Virus record (IMG/VR): IMGVR_UViG_3300031992_000044
From: a virus
Length of the DNA stretch: 64,000 nt
Reading direction: 5' to 3' (one strand)
Shown in pieces: positions 1 through 8,133 of the stretch. Each line of letters starts with the position of its first letter. Positions within the stretch are counted from its first letter, which is position 1. A model generated the notes under the pieces. That model saw only the letters and a program-made list of their open reading frames with translations, was not told where the DNA came from and ran no database searches. Both the position numbers and the translations under genes were made by a program.

Positions 1-11
1 CATCAAATTGC

Positions 12-1028
12 TCATAGGTTCAATGACTCGGAGCCGTTGCCTTCATAATATTCTCTACTATGATCCCACTTGTTATGCTCTTGGTGCCAATGTATAGCAT
101 CTAGAGCATCTACAATCATAGAAAATCTAGATTGCACCATGAATTCTTCTACTTTAAACACTCTTATCTCATAGGAACCTGTTGTATCAATTCCAACAAT
201 ATAATAATCAAAACTCCATTCATCTGGATTCTGATCGCATTCGTTTCGAAGATACCATCTAACTGCGCGTTTATAATAGCACAACTGTCGTAGGTAATCA
301 TACTGATCTATACTGTCTTCAAAGTGCCACAATTTTTGTGTAGTTTTTAAATCCATTATAGTTGCTCTTTGATTTTCGAAATCAAGGGCTAGAGAATCTA
401 ATAACGATTTACATTGTAATCCATTATTCCATTCCCAGTTAATATGAAATTCATGGTAACATTTAACATCATCTTTTTTGTATTCCATAGACTCCATTAA
501 ATGTGCATTCTTTCCGAATGGCCACAATAAATTCCATGCAAGTTTGTGAGATTCCACATTCTGCTTAATCTTCTCAAGCATTTGGGCATCATAAGGAGTT
601 ATCATAATCCTTCCATCATTTGCTTTCAGGAAGTCTATGTAATCCTTCAACGTAGAGGCTATTTTAAGGCCTTCTGACAGCATTTTGTCTTCTGACTTTC
701 CTGCTGTACTATACGCTTCTTTATATGCGCTTAGAATGGCTCTATTTGGCTCTATTTCTAATGTTTGTGCCAGCTCCTGACAGAACTTCTCCTGCTGTGC
801 AGATAAAGGTCTACTTTTGTCCCAGACTACGTATGTCTTTTGGAACTCTTCGGGCTGGAGTAGGTACATGTGGATCATAGATCCACGTTCAAGGACACTA
901 TTCTTCTCCTCTGGAGGAGGATTGGTAAGCATCTTATGTAAAAAGGCTGGCCCCTTCTGTAGAAACCAGCCTATATTACTATTCGAGATTCTTGTAAGGT
1001 CCTCGTAGTATGGTGTATCAATTACCAT
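12..1028 (-). CDS. PD-(D/E)XK (RecB/Cas4-family) nuclease
   Basis: ORF 12..1088. I place the start at the internal ATG (MVIDTPYY, 1028), which overlaps the upstream ORF by 11 nt. Motifs IMDLKT (D-x-K) and RQLCYY (QxxxY). TGA stop. Confidence 0.6.
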   Translation of the reverse strand: MVIDTPYYEDLTRISNSNIGWFLQKGPAFLHKMLTNPPPEEKNSVLERGSMIHMYLLQPEEFQKTYVVWDKSRPLSAQQEKFCQELAQTLEIEPNRAILSAYKEAYSTAGKSEDKMLSEGLKIASTLKDYIDFLKANDGRIMITPYDAQMLEKIKQNVESHKLAWNLLWPFGKNAHLMESMEYKKDDVKCYHEFHINWEWNNGLQCKSLLDSLALDFENQRATIMDLKTTQKLWHFEDSIDQYDYLRQLCYYKRAVRWYLRNECDQNPDEWSFDYYIVGIDTTGSYEIRVFKVEEFMVQSRFSMIVDALDAIHWHQEHNKWDHSREYYEGNGSESLNL

Positions 1029-1266
1029 CCTTCTTTGGTTTATGTTTATCAATAAACTTACGTATAGTATCTCCATCTTTAAGCACATTCTCAGTAAAAT
1101 AACGTAAGAACTGCTTAAGTTCTTCTACTGCTTCATCAGCAGTAGGGAACTTATTATATCCAACGATAGTTCCAAACGGTCTACATGTATCGACCGTAAA
1201 GAACCATCCACTAGGACTATAATTGATCTGAAACTTTACGTGATAGTTTGCTTCTTCTAAACTCAT
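1018..1266 (-). CDS. hypothetical protein (82 aa)
   Basis: Intact ORF, tightly packed and overlapping both co-oriented neighbours. TGA stop. Confidence 0.5.
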   Translation of the reverse strand: MSLEEANYHVKFQINYSPSGWFFTVDTCRPFGTIVGYNKFPTADEAVEELKQFLRYFTENVLKDGDTIRKFIDKHKPKKDGN

Positions 1267-2054
1267 TTTTCAGAAAGATTCATGTCGTTAAACAAGTCTT
1301 CATATGTATCGTTAGGACAAGCATTTACTTCATCTGCAAACGAAGCAATATTATCAAAACTAGCACATGCGAACTTCTCCTGAATAAAGTCAGTCAAAGG
1401 CTTAATTTCAGTCTTATCGTCCAACTTATCTTCAAGTACTGCCTGTATCATAGACGCAGGCATCTCTCCATAATCCCTCCAATAACGAATACGAGAACAA
1501 CGATCCTTCAGATATTCATTTACATCTTCATCGTCGTTACATGTGAAAATCATCAACTTTTTACCAGACGAGTTAATACCGTCAAGTACTTTCAGCAGAT
1601 AATCATCATCATATCGTTCACCCAACTTGTCTACTTCATCCATAAGTATACAAATCTGTGTATCTGCAAGCTTATTGAACAAGCTGATAAGATCTTTAGG
1701 GTAAAAGCTCTTATCTATTAGAAGAATAGGAAGTTTAGATTCCAAAGCTATACGCTTCATCATAATCGTCTTACCACTACCTTTAAGACCAGACAGCATT
1801 ACGCCTACTGTGCCCTCTTTGGTTATGTTATAACGATCTACAACTTTATTGACAAACTTATTATCTTCATCAGTAGTGTAAAGTTTCTCAGGTAATGTAA
1901 TATCGGGTGCCATATTAAACGATATTTCATCTGTATATCGATCAATATCTGCAGTATATACTTTACCTGATTCAAGTGCATAATCAAGACCTTCTGTCTT
2001 TGGCTTAAACACTACTTTTTCTCCTACTTTCAGAAAGTTTTTGTTCTGTTCCAT
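1263..2054 (-). CDS. AAA+/P-loop ATPase
   Basis: Walker A GLKGSGKT and Walker B ILMDEVD in a 263-aa ORF. 4-nt overlap with the downstream gene. Confidence 0.7.
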   Translation of the reverse strand: MEQNKNFLKVGEKVVFKPKTEGLDYALESGKVYTADIDRYTDEISFNMAPDITLPEKLYTTDEDNKFVNKVVDRYNITKEGTVGVMLSGLKGSGKTIMMKRIALESKLPILLIDKSFYPKDLISLFNKLADTQICILMDEVDKLGERYDDDYLLKVLDGINSSGKKLMIFTCNDDEDVNEYLKDRCSRIRYWRDYGEMPASMIQAVLEDKLDDKTEIKPLTDFIQEKFACASFDNIASFADEVNACPNDTYEDLFNDMNLSEK

Positions 2055-2443
2055 TATTTTTGACTCTTTTGGTTCTTAATAATGTCCTCAATCATCTCAT
2101 CGACCTGTTTATGATTCCGTACTAAATAACACTTCATCTTAGATCTATGTTTCTTGAGGTAATATTTGAAGAGTTTAAATCTTAAAGGAAAAGAATCTCC
2201 CATAAGACCTTTACATTCTACCACAAAACCTCGTCCGATAAAATCGGGAAGGTATGTGATAGGACGTATTTTCTCTCCAAGGAATTCGAACTTTGGTAGA
2301 AGGACAAAATGCTTTGGCTCATATTTAACAGGTATACCTGCTTTCATAAAAGCTTCATACGTATAGAGTTCGAGTTTACTACGAAAATGTAGTCCATACG
2401 CATCGACCTTAGTCGCATTTTTAACCCTTCCGGAAGACTTCAT
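2054..2443 (-). CDS. small PD-(D/E)XK-like endonuclease (possible resolvase/VRR-NUC-like)
   Basis: 129-aa ORF with YLPDF...VVECKG (D...E-x-K arrangement). TAA stop. Confidence 0.45.
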   Translation of the reverse strand: MKSSGRVKNATKVDAYGLHFRSKLELYTYEAFMKAGIPVKYEPKHFVLLPKFEFLGEKIRPITYLPDFIGRGFVVECKGLMGDSFPLRFKLFKYYLKKHRSKMKCYLVRNHKQVDEMIEDIIKNQKSQK

Positions 2444-2591
2444 TTTTAAGAATAATCTTAAAAGTATTACACTCCTCGATTAGATTTTCAAGTTTCTTGA
2501 TTTCTTTGTCCAGCAAATAGTTACCGTACAATAAAACTCCTCCAATTCCAATCAATGTTCCTATAATGGAACCAATCAAACAATTAATCAT
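2421..2591 (-). CDS. small membrane protein (56 aa)
   Basis: Hand-translated: MINCLIGSIIGTLIGIGGVLLYGNYLLDKEIKKLENL... It fills the gap between primase and nuclease and falls below the ORF-track length cutoff. Confidence 0.4.
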   Translation of the reverse strand: MINCLIGSIIGTLIGIGGVLLYGNYLLDKEIKKLENLIEECNTFKIILKNEVFRKG

Positions 2592-3609
2592 ATCTTTCTA
2601 CTGTTTTAGTTAACCAATCCTTTACAACGAAGAACCCGTTCAACTTTACAGCATCAGACACGTCCTTCGCTTTAAACTTTTTATGGACGAATATAGCATC
2701 AAATTTATACTGTCTACTATACTTACGAGCATTTTGCATTCCTGCAGCATCTCTATCATATAGTATAACAATATGTTTCCATTTACTTTTTAGAGACTGC
2801 AATATATCTTCTGGAATAAATGTAGTCTCACTAGAAGCAGCTATAGCATTAAATCCCATCTCATGTAAACACATCACATCTTTTAAAGATTTAGTTATGA
2901 TGAGGAGATTACCACCCTCCTGTGGCAACTCGGCTAGCCCCTGAACATACCGATTTGTCAGATTGGTACGCCATTTAGTATACTTGGAGGCTAAAGGTCT
3001 ATAAATCTTAAATCGATCATAAACCTTATAGGCATACATAGGACTATCTTCTTTGTAGGTTCCTCTGACGACTCTATTACAAAGAAAGTATTTAATGCTA
3101 AACACGTTGAATTTCTTCAGTGTATCTATTGATATATGGAATTGCTTCCAATACTTTTTATCTACTTCTGTAAACGGTTGTCTTACTATCCCAATATCCG
3201 TCTCAGACGCATTTTCAGCCATTCTGACGGGGTTTTGGACCCTTTGGTTAGGATTTGTACACCTGAAGATTCTAAGGAGCTCACGCTCGAGTTCTTCGCG
3301 TGTATTCAAGCCTTTTATAAGCTTAACAAACTTGAGAGCATTACCTGCTTCTCCAGTACCATGATCTTTAAACAACAAATCCCCGGTTTTGCTAGGAAAT
3401 ATAGCGAAGCTGGGGATTTTATCATCTGGTCTCAATGGACTGTTCATTAAGACTTTTGGCTTAAAACTACCAAGATAGTAAGAATAGATAGTATAGTCAT
3501 CCAATTTATCCAACAAGTCTCTTAGACTCATTGTAATAGCTGTTTTTGTACTATACATGGCTTTAAGCTCTTTTGTATTGTGGTTATTCTCACGGGCGAA
3601 GTGAGACAT
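2584..3609 (-). CDS. DNA primase (toprim domain)
   Basis: LLIITKSLKDVMCLHEMGFNAIAASSE and ILYDRDAAG (toprim E / DxD). The real start may be ATG at 3558 (MYSTKTAIT), which shares a 20-nt leader with ssb. Confidence 0.75.
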   Translation of the reverse strand: MSHFARENNHNTKELKAMYSTKTAITMSLRDLLDKLDDYTIYSYYLGSFKPKVLMNSPLRPDDKIPSFAIFPSKTGDLLFKDHGTGEAGNALKFVKLIKGLNTREELERELLRIFRCTNPNQRVQNPVRMAENASETDIGIVRQPFTEVDKKYWKQFHISIDTLKKFNVFSIKYFLCNRVVRGTYKEDSPMYAYKVYDRFKIYRPLASKYTKWRTNLTNRYVQGLAELPQEGGNLLIITKSLKDVMCLHEMGFNAIAASSETTFIPEDILQSLKSKWKHIVILYDRDAAGMQNARKYSRQYKFDAIFVHKKFKAKDVSDAVKLNGFFVVKDWLTKTVERYD

Positions 3610-3792
3610 ACTAAGACGTAGCTAACGGCCACCGCTAATAACCTCCATTAAATTACCTTAGAAGGTACATCTCTTGCTGTCCCATACTTATGTGGGCCAA
3701 GCTCACGCAATCTTACGTGTCTTTTTTCTCTACCTCCACGATTCCAATACCAATCGTGGAACCATTCTTTTCGTTCTTCTTTTGTCATCATT

Positions 3793-3872
3793 GCAATCAG
3801 GTGGGGATTCGAACCCCACAATCCGTCAACTACCTTTTAGGGTGACCGTCATAACCTCTAGACTACTGATTT
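3793..3872 (-). tRNA. tRNA-like gene, non-canonical (22-nt anticodon arm, anticodon unassigned)
   Basis: Minus strand AAATCAG TA GTCT AGAGGTTA TGAC ... GTGGGG TTCGAAT CCCCAC CTGATTG. Acceptor, D-arm and T-arm are good. The anticodon region GTCACCCTAAAAGGTAGTTGAC is 5 nt too long. Confidence 0.4.
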
Positions 3873-4134
3873 CCAAAATTAACAGCTTCCCGACCTGATA
3901 TTATCTCCCGGTTGGCGGAATGTTCCAATCAGAATTTGCCTGAAGACACTCACACTGCTATTGTTAAAATCCCATTTCTTCTTTAGATGGAATCTTTTCA
4001 TTGTTTTTCTGAAGTGATCTTGCTAAAAGCACTATTAACTGCTTATCTTTTTCTTCAGGAAACATTCTTTTTGCTAATCTATAATATTTTTTCTTCATAA
4101 TCGTTAGGGGCTGGCTGCCGTTAGGCCTCCAGTC

Positions 4135-4597
4135 CTCCACCACTGACCTTTTATAATTCCCTTCCGTTTCACTACAGTTAATCTAAACATACACTAAAGA
4201 AACTAAACGTCTGTAGGTTCGTCCCGTACTCGGCATTTTTGTTTAACGACAGAAAACTAACTGTCCGGGCGGATTATTTGGTTGTCAGCACCACTGACCT
4301 TTTATTAGCTTTCACGTTACCCCTTCTAGGCGAAGCCTAGTTTGTTCGTACGATTTCCACGTACCCGCAGTTTATTAGACTTACGCGGAACGATTATCTA
4401 ATCTATTGGTTGTCATCACCATAATTCCTGATCCGTGTATCGATATAATAATATATCAATCGTTTCCGTTATTAAAACGGTGGCCATCAGCACCACTGAC
4501 CTTTAGCCAAAGACCAAGATATGCCTTCTCGGCCCTAGGATTTGGACTCTACGGTTATCGTTTATTCCGTAGCGAATGGTTGTCAGCACCACTGACC
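4135..4597. repeat. dispersed 20-nt hairpin repeat GGTTGTCAGCACCACTGACC (5 copies)
   Basis: Copies at 4135-4148 (partial), 4280-4299, 4408-4420 (variant), 4479-4501 and 4578-4597. Core GTCAG-CACCA-CTGAC is a 5-bp hairpin. Spacing is irregular (about 100-200 nt). Confidence 0.8.
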
Positions 4598-4705
4598 ATT
4601 ATACAGACAAATTCTTTGTTATCTTGGTATATAGTTCCGGATGTTCTCTATGTAGCATCTTCAAAACATCTTCTACTTCAAATAGCAAATCTTTTGTCTG
4701 TTCCT

Positions 4706-5308
4706 TTAAAAAGGCAGGTCGTCAGCACCTGTAGAGTCTGCAGTCACCGGAGCAGATGCGCCAATATTAGGCGATCCGAGCGGATCGACAGGCTTTTCTA
4801 CATCAGCCTGTACAGGGCGCTCCAAAAGATCGTTCTTCCAAAGCTTAATCTGAGACTCTGCAACATCCATAGACTCAATGAATATACCATTCTTAGAGAC
4901 TGTGGTATAACCCTTCTTATCATAAATCACCTTAAGGCGAACATTCTTACCGTCTCCAGCAAGACATGCTTTAGCCCATGTAATCATTTCAATAAATGAG
5001 GAACCCTCAAAATCTCCATGACTACCTTTAACTGCATCTATAACCTGCAGAATACGTCCGAATTGCTGATTATCACGACGCTGCAAATCCTCGTCGGTCT
5101 TAATCCACATATTCTTAGTATTCTTCCATTCAGTCATAGTTACTGTCTGGCCTTCACTATTCTGGAAGATAATCTCCAGAAAGTCAAGACCCTGAGGTGA
5201 CTTATTAACATTTACTTCTTTAATGGTAATATTTTCGTTGATGCCTACTGGCATATATGAGCTTGTAAACTCAGTATTGCTTGTTGTTGCTGTTTTTGTA
5301 CTATACAT
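4706..5308 (-). CDS. ssb: single-stranded DNA-binding protein
   Basis: 200-aa ORF in the replication cluster. It ends in an acidic tip GADDLPF, like the DDDIPF tail of bacterial SSB. TAA stop. Confidence 0.7.
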   Translation of the reverse strand: MYSTKTATTSNTEFTSSYMPVGINENITIKEVNVNKSPQGLDFLEIIFQNSEGQTVTMTEWKNTKNMWIKTDEDLQRRDNQQFGRILQVIDAVKGSHGDFEGSSFIEMITWAKACLAGDGKNVRLKVIYDKKGYTTVSKNGIFIESMDVAESQIKLWKNDLLERPVQADVEKPVDPLGSPNIGASAPVTADSTGADDLPF

Positions 5309-5345
5309 AATTTCTTCCTTTTAATTACTGATTCTAGATTCTGAA

Positions 5346-6092
5346 TTATTCGGGCTTATAAATTCGATTCCAATAGGTTGTTATACTTCCGTCTTCATTC
5401 CCAGTAGCGATGACAACATCTTTACCTGCAATGTGTCTGGCACGAGCCTCCATAATAGTCCCGTCTCCTCCAGACTTGAAACTAATGTGAGTTTCATTGT
5501 CTTTTCGGTAAACGTATCCGACTGCATCAGCCATTCCGCAAACGATTTTTCCAAGTTTTCCGACGAGGTCGATCTCTTTTGCGTTGACCTCTTCGCCATC
5601 TTTATCGGTGATACTATCTTTGACATGACCAACTAGGATAAACTCGTCACAAAGTTCTTTGAACATATCGATAACCTTCTTTACGGCATCTCGAAGATAC
5701 TTATAACCAGCACCCCTTGCGAGAGTAGTTACATCATCTCCTTTCCAGTTCTTACCAAGCTCTGTTTTTCGATATAAAGTACAAGCATAACTCATACATA
5801 TATCTTCCAGACGAGTAGCATTATCTATTGTAATGTGTTTATAGAAATTATGCCCTACTTCAGCATTCTTAGCTCTAATGGCTTGAGCAATCTCTCCCAA
5901 ATCATTGATGGTTCTGGCTTGTATAGCCATAGCATCAATAAACTGAGATCCTCCCTCAAGGTCTATGATGAGGTTGTTATCGAGTTGTGCAAGAGCACTG
6001 GTCTTTCCTGCTTTAGGAAGACCATACAACACCATATATTGAGGGTTAGTAGAGATTGCTGGAATCTTTGATGTAGGTAATGTTAGACTCAT
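5346..6092 (-). CDS. Sak4-like / AAA_24 RecA-fold ATPase
   Basis: Walker A GLPKAGKTS, followed by NLIIDLEGG and a later FILVGHVKD strand. This layout is typical of phage AAA_24 proteins. Confidence 0.65.
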   Translation of the reverse strand: MSLTLPTSKIPAISTNPQYMVLYGLPKAGKTSALAQLDNNLIIDLEGGSQFIDAMAIQARTINDLGEIAQAIRAKNAEVGHNFYKHITIDNATRLEDICMSYACTLYRKTELGKNWKGDDVTTLARGAGYKYLRDAVKKVIDMFKELCDEFILVGHVKDSITDKDGEEVNAKEIDLVGKLGKIVCGMADAVGYVYRKDNETHISFKSGGDGTIMEARARHIAGKDVVIATGNEDGSITTYWNRIYKPE

Positions 6093-6108
6093 AGGTTCTT
6101 AATTTTTA

Positions 6109-6594
6109 TTAAAGGAGATTAATGTTAATGTTAGCTGCACCAGTGGTGTAGATATTAATAATAATCTTCTTCGTGTTATCGGTAATACCGTTCAGGAACG
6201 ACAAATCAGAGAAATCAGAATACTTATAGGTGTCAAAACCAATCTGAATCTCGTCATCGTAGAACACGATCGGAGTACCATCACTAAGCGTATACATCTT
6301 ACCAAGAGTATAAGGAATAGTCTTATAGATCTTCTTGTTCTTCTTATAGTTGGCAAGGAAGTTTGCAGCCTTGATGAATTTGTCATCAGCCTTCAGATAG
6401 CTGCTGCTAAGAGGAATATACGTTGTGCTATCAGAGTTGTCGATATTAAACAGATAACTGTTCTTCTTCTTTATATCAGAAAGAATAATATTATCGATAA
6501 TCTCAGAATAGTTGGGCTCATAACTAATATTGTTAAAAGGAATAAACGTAGTATTATTGTTCTTCTTAGTTGTAAACTTGTAAGTCTTAATCAT
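6109..6594 (-). CDS. hypothetical protein (161 aa, Asn/Tyr-rich)
   Basis: Intact co-oriented ORF. TAA stop. Confidence 0.5.
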   Translation of the reverse strand: MIKTYKFTTKKNNNTTFIPFNNISYEPNYSEIIDNIILSDIKKKNSYLFNIDNSDSTTYIPLSSSYLKADDKFIKAANFLANYKKNKKIYKTIPYTLGKMYTLSDGTPIVFYDDEIQIGFDTYKYSDFSDLSFLNGITDNTKKIIINIYTTGAANININLL

Positions 6595-6620
6595 ATTCAG
6601 CCTGTATTTTAACGTTAATA

Positions 6621-7556
6621 TTAGCCACCAGCTACTTCCTTTATATTGTTATACATCAAGTCATTCTCGAACTCAAGTATGCAGGGCTTTCCTGCGTCTC
6701 TATTCTTTAGCATGTGCATATAGATCTTATTCTGTGTAGGCAGATGATTCGGTCCATACTCTTGTATATTCAATATTTCAGGTCTGTGCATAACGAGAAC
6801 GTAGTCGCTCGCTTGAAAAATTGCATCTGATGACGATATGTCACTTCTCATAGGATAGTGACTCAACGGATTGTTGATACGTTCTGAAGACTCAATATTT
6901 CTATTCATTTGTGCAATCTGAATGACTGTTGTAAGCGGGAGTTTCTTTGCTTGTATAAACACACGCTCTAATTCACTCGTTGTCTCGATCACTGTTCCTG
7001 TTTGTTTTGTTAATAGTGCGTGATCGTACGTGATTACAAAATGTTTCCCAGTACCTTTTACATACTGGTTATAGAAACTATTTATGATTTGTTCTACCTG
7101 CATAGGAGTACATGGATTGTCTACAAAATAGACTGGATACTCCTTTAGCTTGTTGGAAACACTGATAACTTTTCTGAAGGTTTCGTCATCTAGGTCCGTT
7201 TCCGAACTATACAAAGCAGAAGTAGTCTTTCTCAGCTTATTTGAAAGAGCTCTTCCTACTTGCCTAAATCCAACCATCTCTAACGAGAAGTTTAGAATAA
7301 TCATGTCTTCAGTTGGATTCAAGTCAATTAAATCGAAAGTCAATGAATTTACAAACGATGACTTTCCACTTCCTGATATGCCGGCTATGGTATAAACGGT
7401 ATTTGGTTCAATACCTCCCATACACTGCTTATTGAACTTAACCCATCTTGTCTTTAACGACTGAATATCGTGACTTCTACGTCCTTCAATATAGTTAATA
7501 GCCTCTTGTGCTACAACTCGTATTGGTCGAACGATATTAGATAAGTTCTGTTCCAT
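6621..7556 (-). CDS. DnaB-like replicative helicase (RecA-type core)
   Basis: Walker A GISGSGKSS, Walker B-like FVITYDHALL, and IQIAQMNRNIES (DnaB SQLNR-like motif). Confidence 0.7.
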   Translation of the reverse strand: MEQNLSNIVRPIRVVAQEAINYIEGRRSHDIQSLKTRWVKFNKQCMGGIEPNTVYTIAGISGSGKSSFVNSLTFDLIDLNPTEDMIILNFSLEMVGFRQVGRALSNKLRKTTSALYSSETDLDDETFRKVISVSNKLKEYPVYFVDNPCTPMQVEQIINSFYNQYVKGTGKHFVITYDHALLTKQTGTVIETTSELERVFIQAKKLPLTTVIQIAQMNRNIESSERINNPLSHYPMRSDISSSDAIFQASDYVLVMHRPEILNIQEYGPNHLPTQNKIYMHMLKNRDAGKPCILEFENDLMYNNIKEVAGG

Positions 7557-8100
7557 AAGAATTTACAGTTTTTGCTGTATCTTGCATTTCTTCCTCAATT
7601 GCTTCCCATTGTGAACGCGTTAGCCAATTCCACATAGTCATCATATAACTCAGACTTCCTTCGCGCATTCGCTTAGAAATCTCATAATCCAAACACTTAA
7701 TGATATGTTCTGCCATAGCCGAACTTTTACCACATTTAGCGTTAAAGAAATGACGACATTTGTTTACATTAGCTCGTAGATAGCATTTACTGCCATCTGT
7801 TCGCATTACATACACTGGGTACATATCGTAGAATAGATCAAAATAATCTTTCTCATTAGCTACAGCTTGCTTAAGCTTATCTGTAGCTTGATATGTAATT
7901 GACTCACCGCTCTCTATCGCGGTTACTAGTTCTTGAGAAATTAAGTATGATATATCTTCGTCGCTAATAAGGCTGACAACTTTGCGGACGTCTTGATATT
8001 TTGGTTGATTCTTATCCAATATCATACTTAGGAAAATTAACTGACTTGAGTTTAACTCTGGGACTTTATCCAAGAGTTGAGTGTTTACTTCAATAATCAT
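7537..8100 (-). CDS. hypothetical protein (187 aa)
   Basis: Intact ORF between helicase and polymerase. Overlaps the helicase start by 20 nt. Confidence 0.5.
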   Translation of the reverse strand: MIIEVNTQLLDKVPELNSSQLIFLSMILDKNQPKYQDVRKVVSLISDEDISYLISQELVTAIESGESITYQATDKLKQAVANEKDYFDLFYDMYPVYVMRTDGSKCYLRANVNKCRHFFNAKCGKSSAMAEHIIKCLDYEISKRMREGSLSYMMTMWNWLTRSQWEAIEEEMQDTAKTVNSYGTELI

Positions 8101-8133
8101 AGCTTACTGACTCTTTGGTTCTCAAGTTGGTTA

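Noticed and set aside
4135-4597. CRISPR array (repeated 20-nt hairpin motif)
   Set aside because: The repeats are only about 20 nt and imperfect. Spacing is irregular (roughly 100-200 nt), far longer than CRISPR spacers. There is no leader or cas gene nearby.
4280-4740. Hairpin repeats as duplicated fragments of the ssb 3' end (GGTGCTGACAACC versus GGTGCTGACGACC)
   Set aside because: The similarity is only about 13 nt. In the ssb-like frame the repeats hit TAA five codons upstream, and the GGTCAGT half of the hairpin is absent from ssb. This is probably coincidence.
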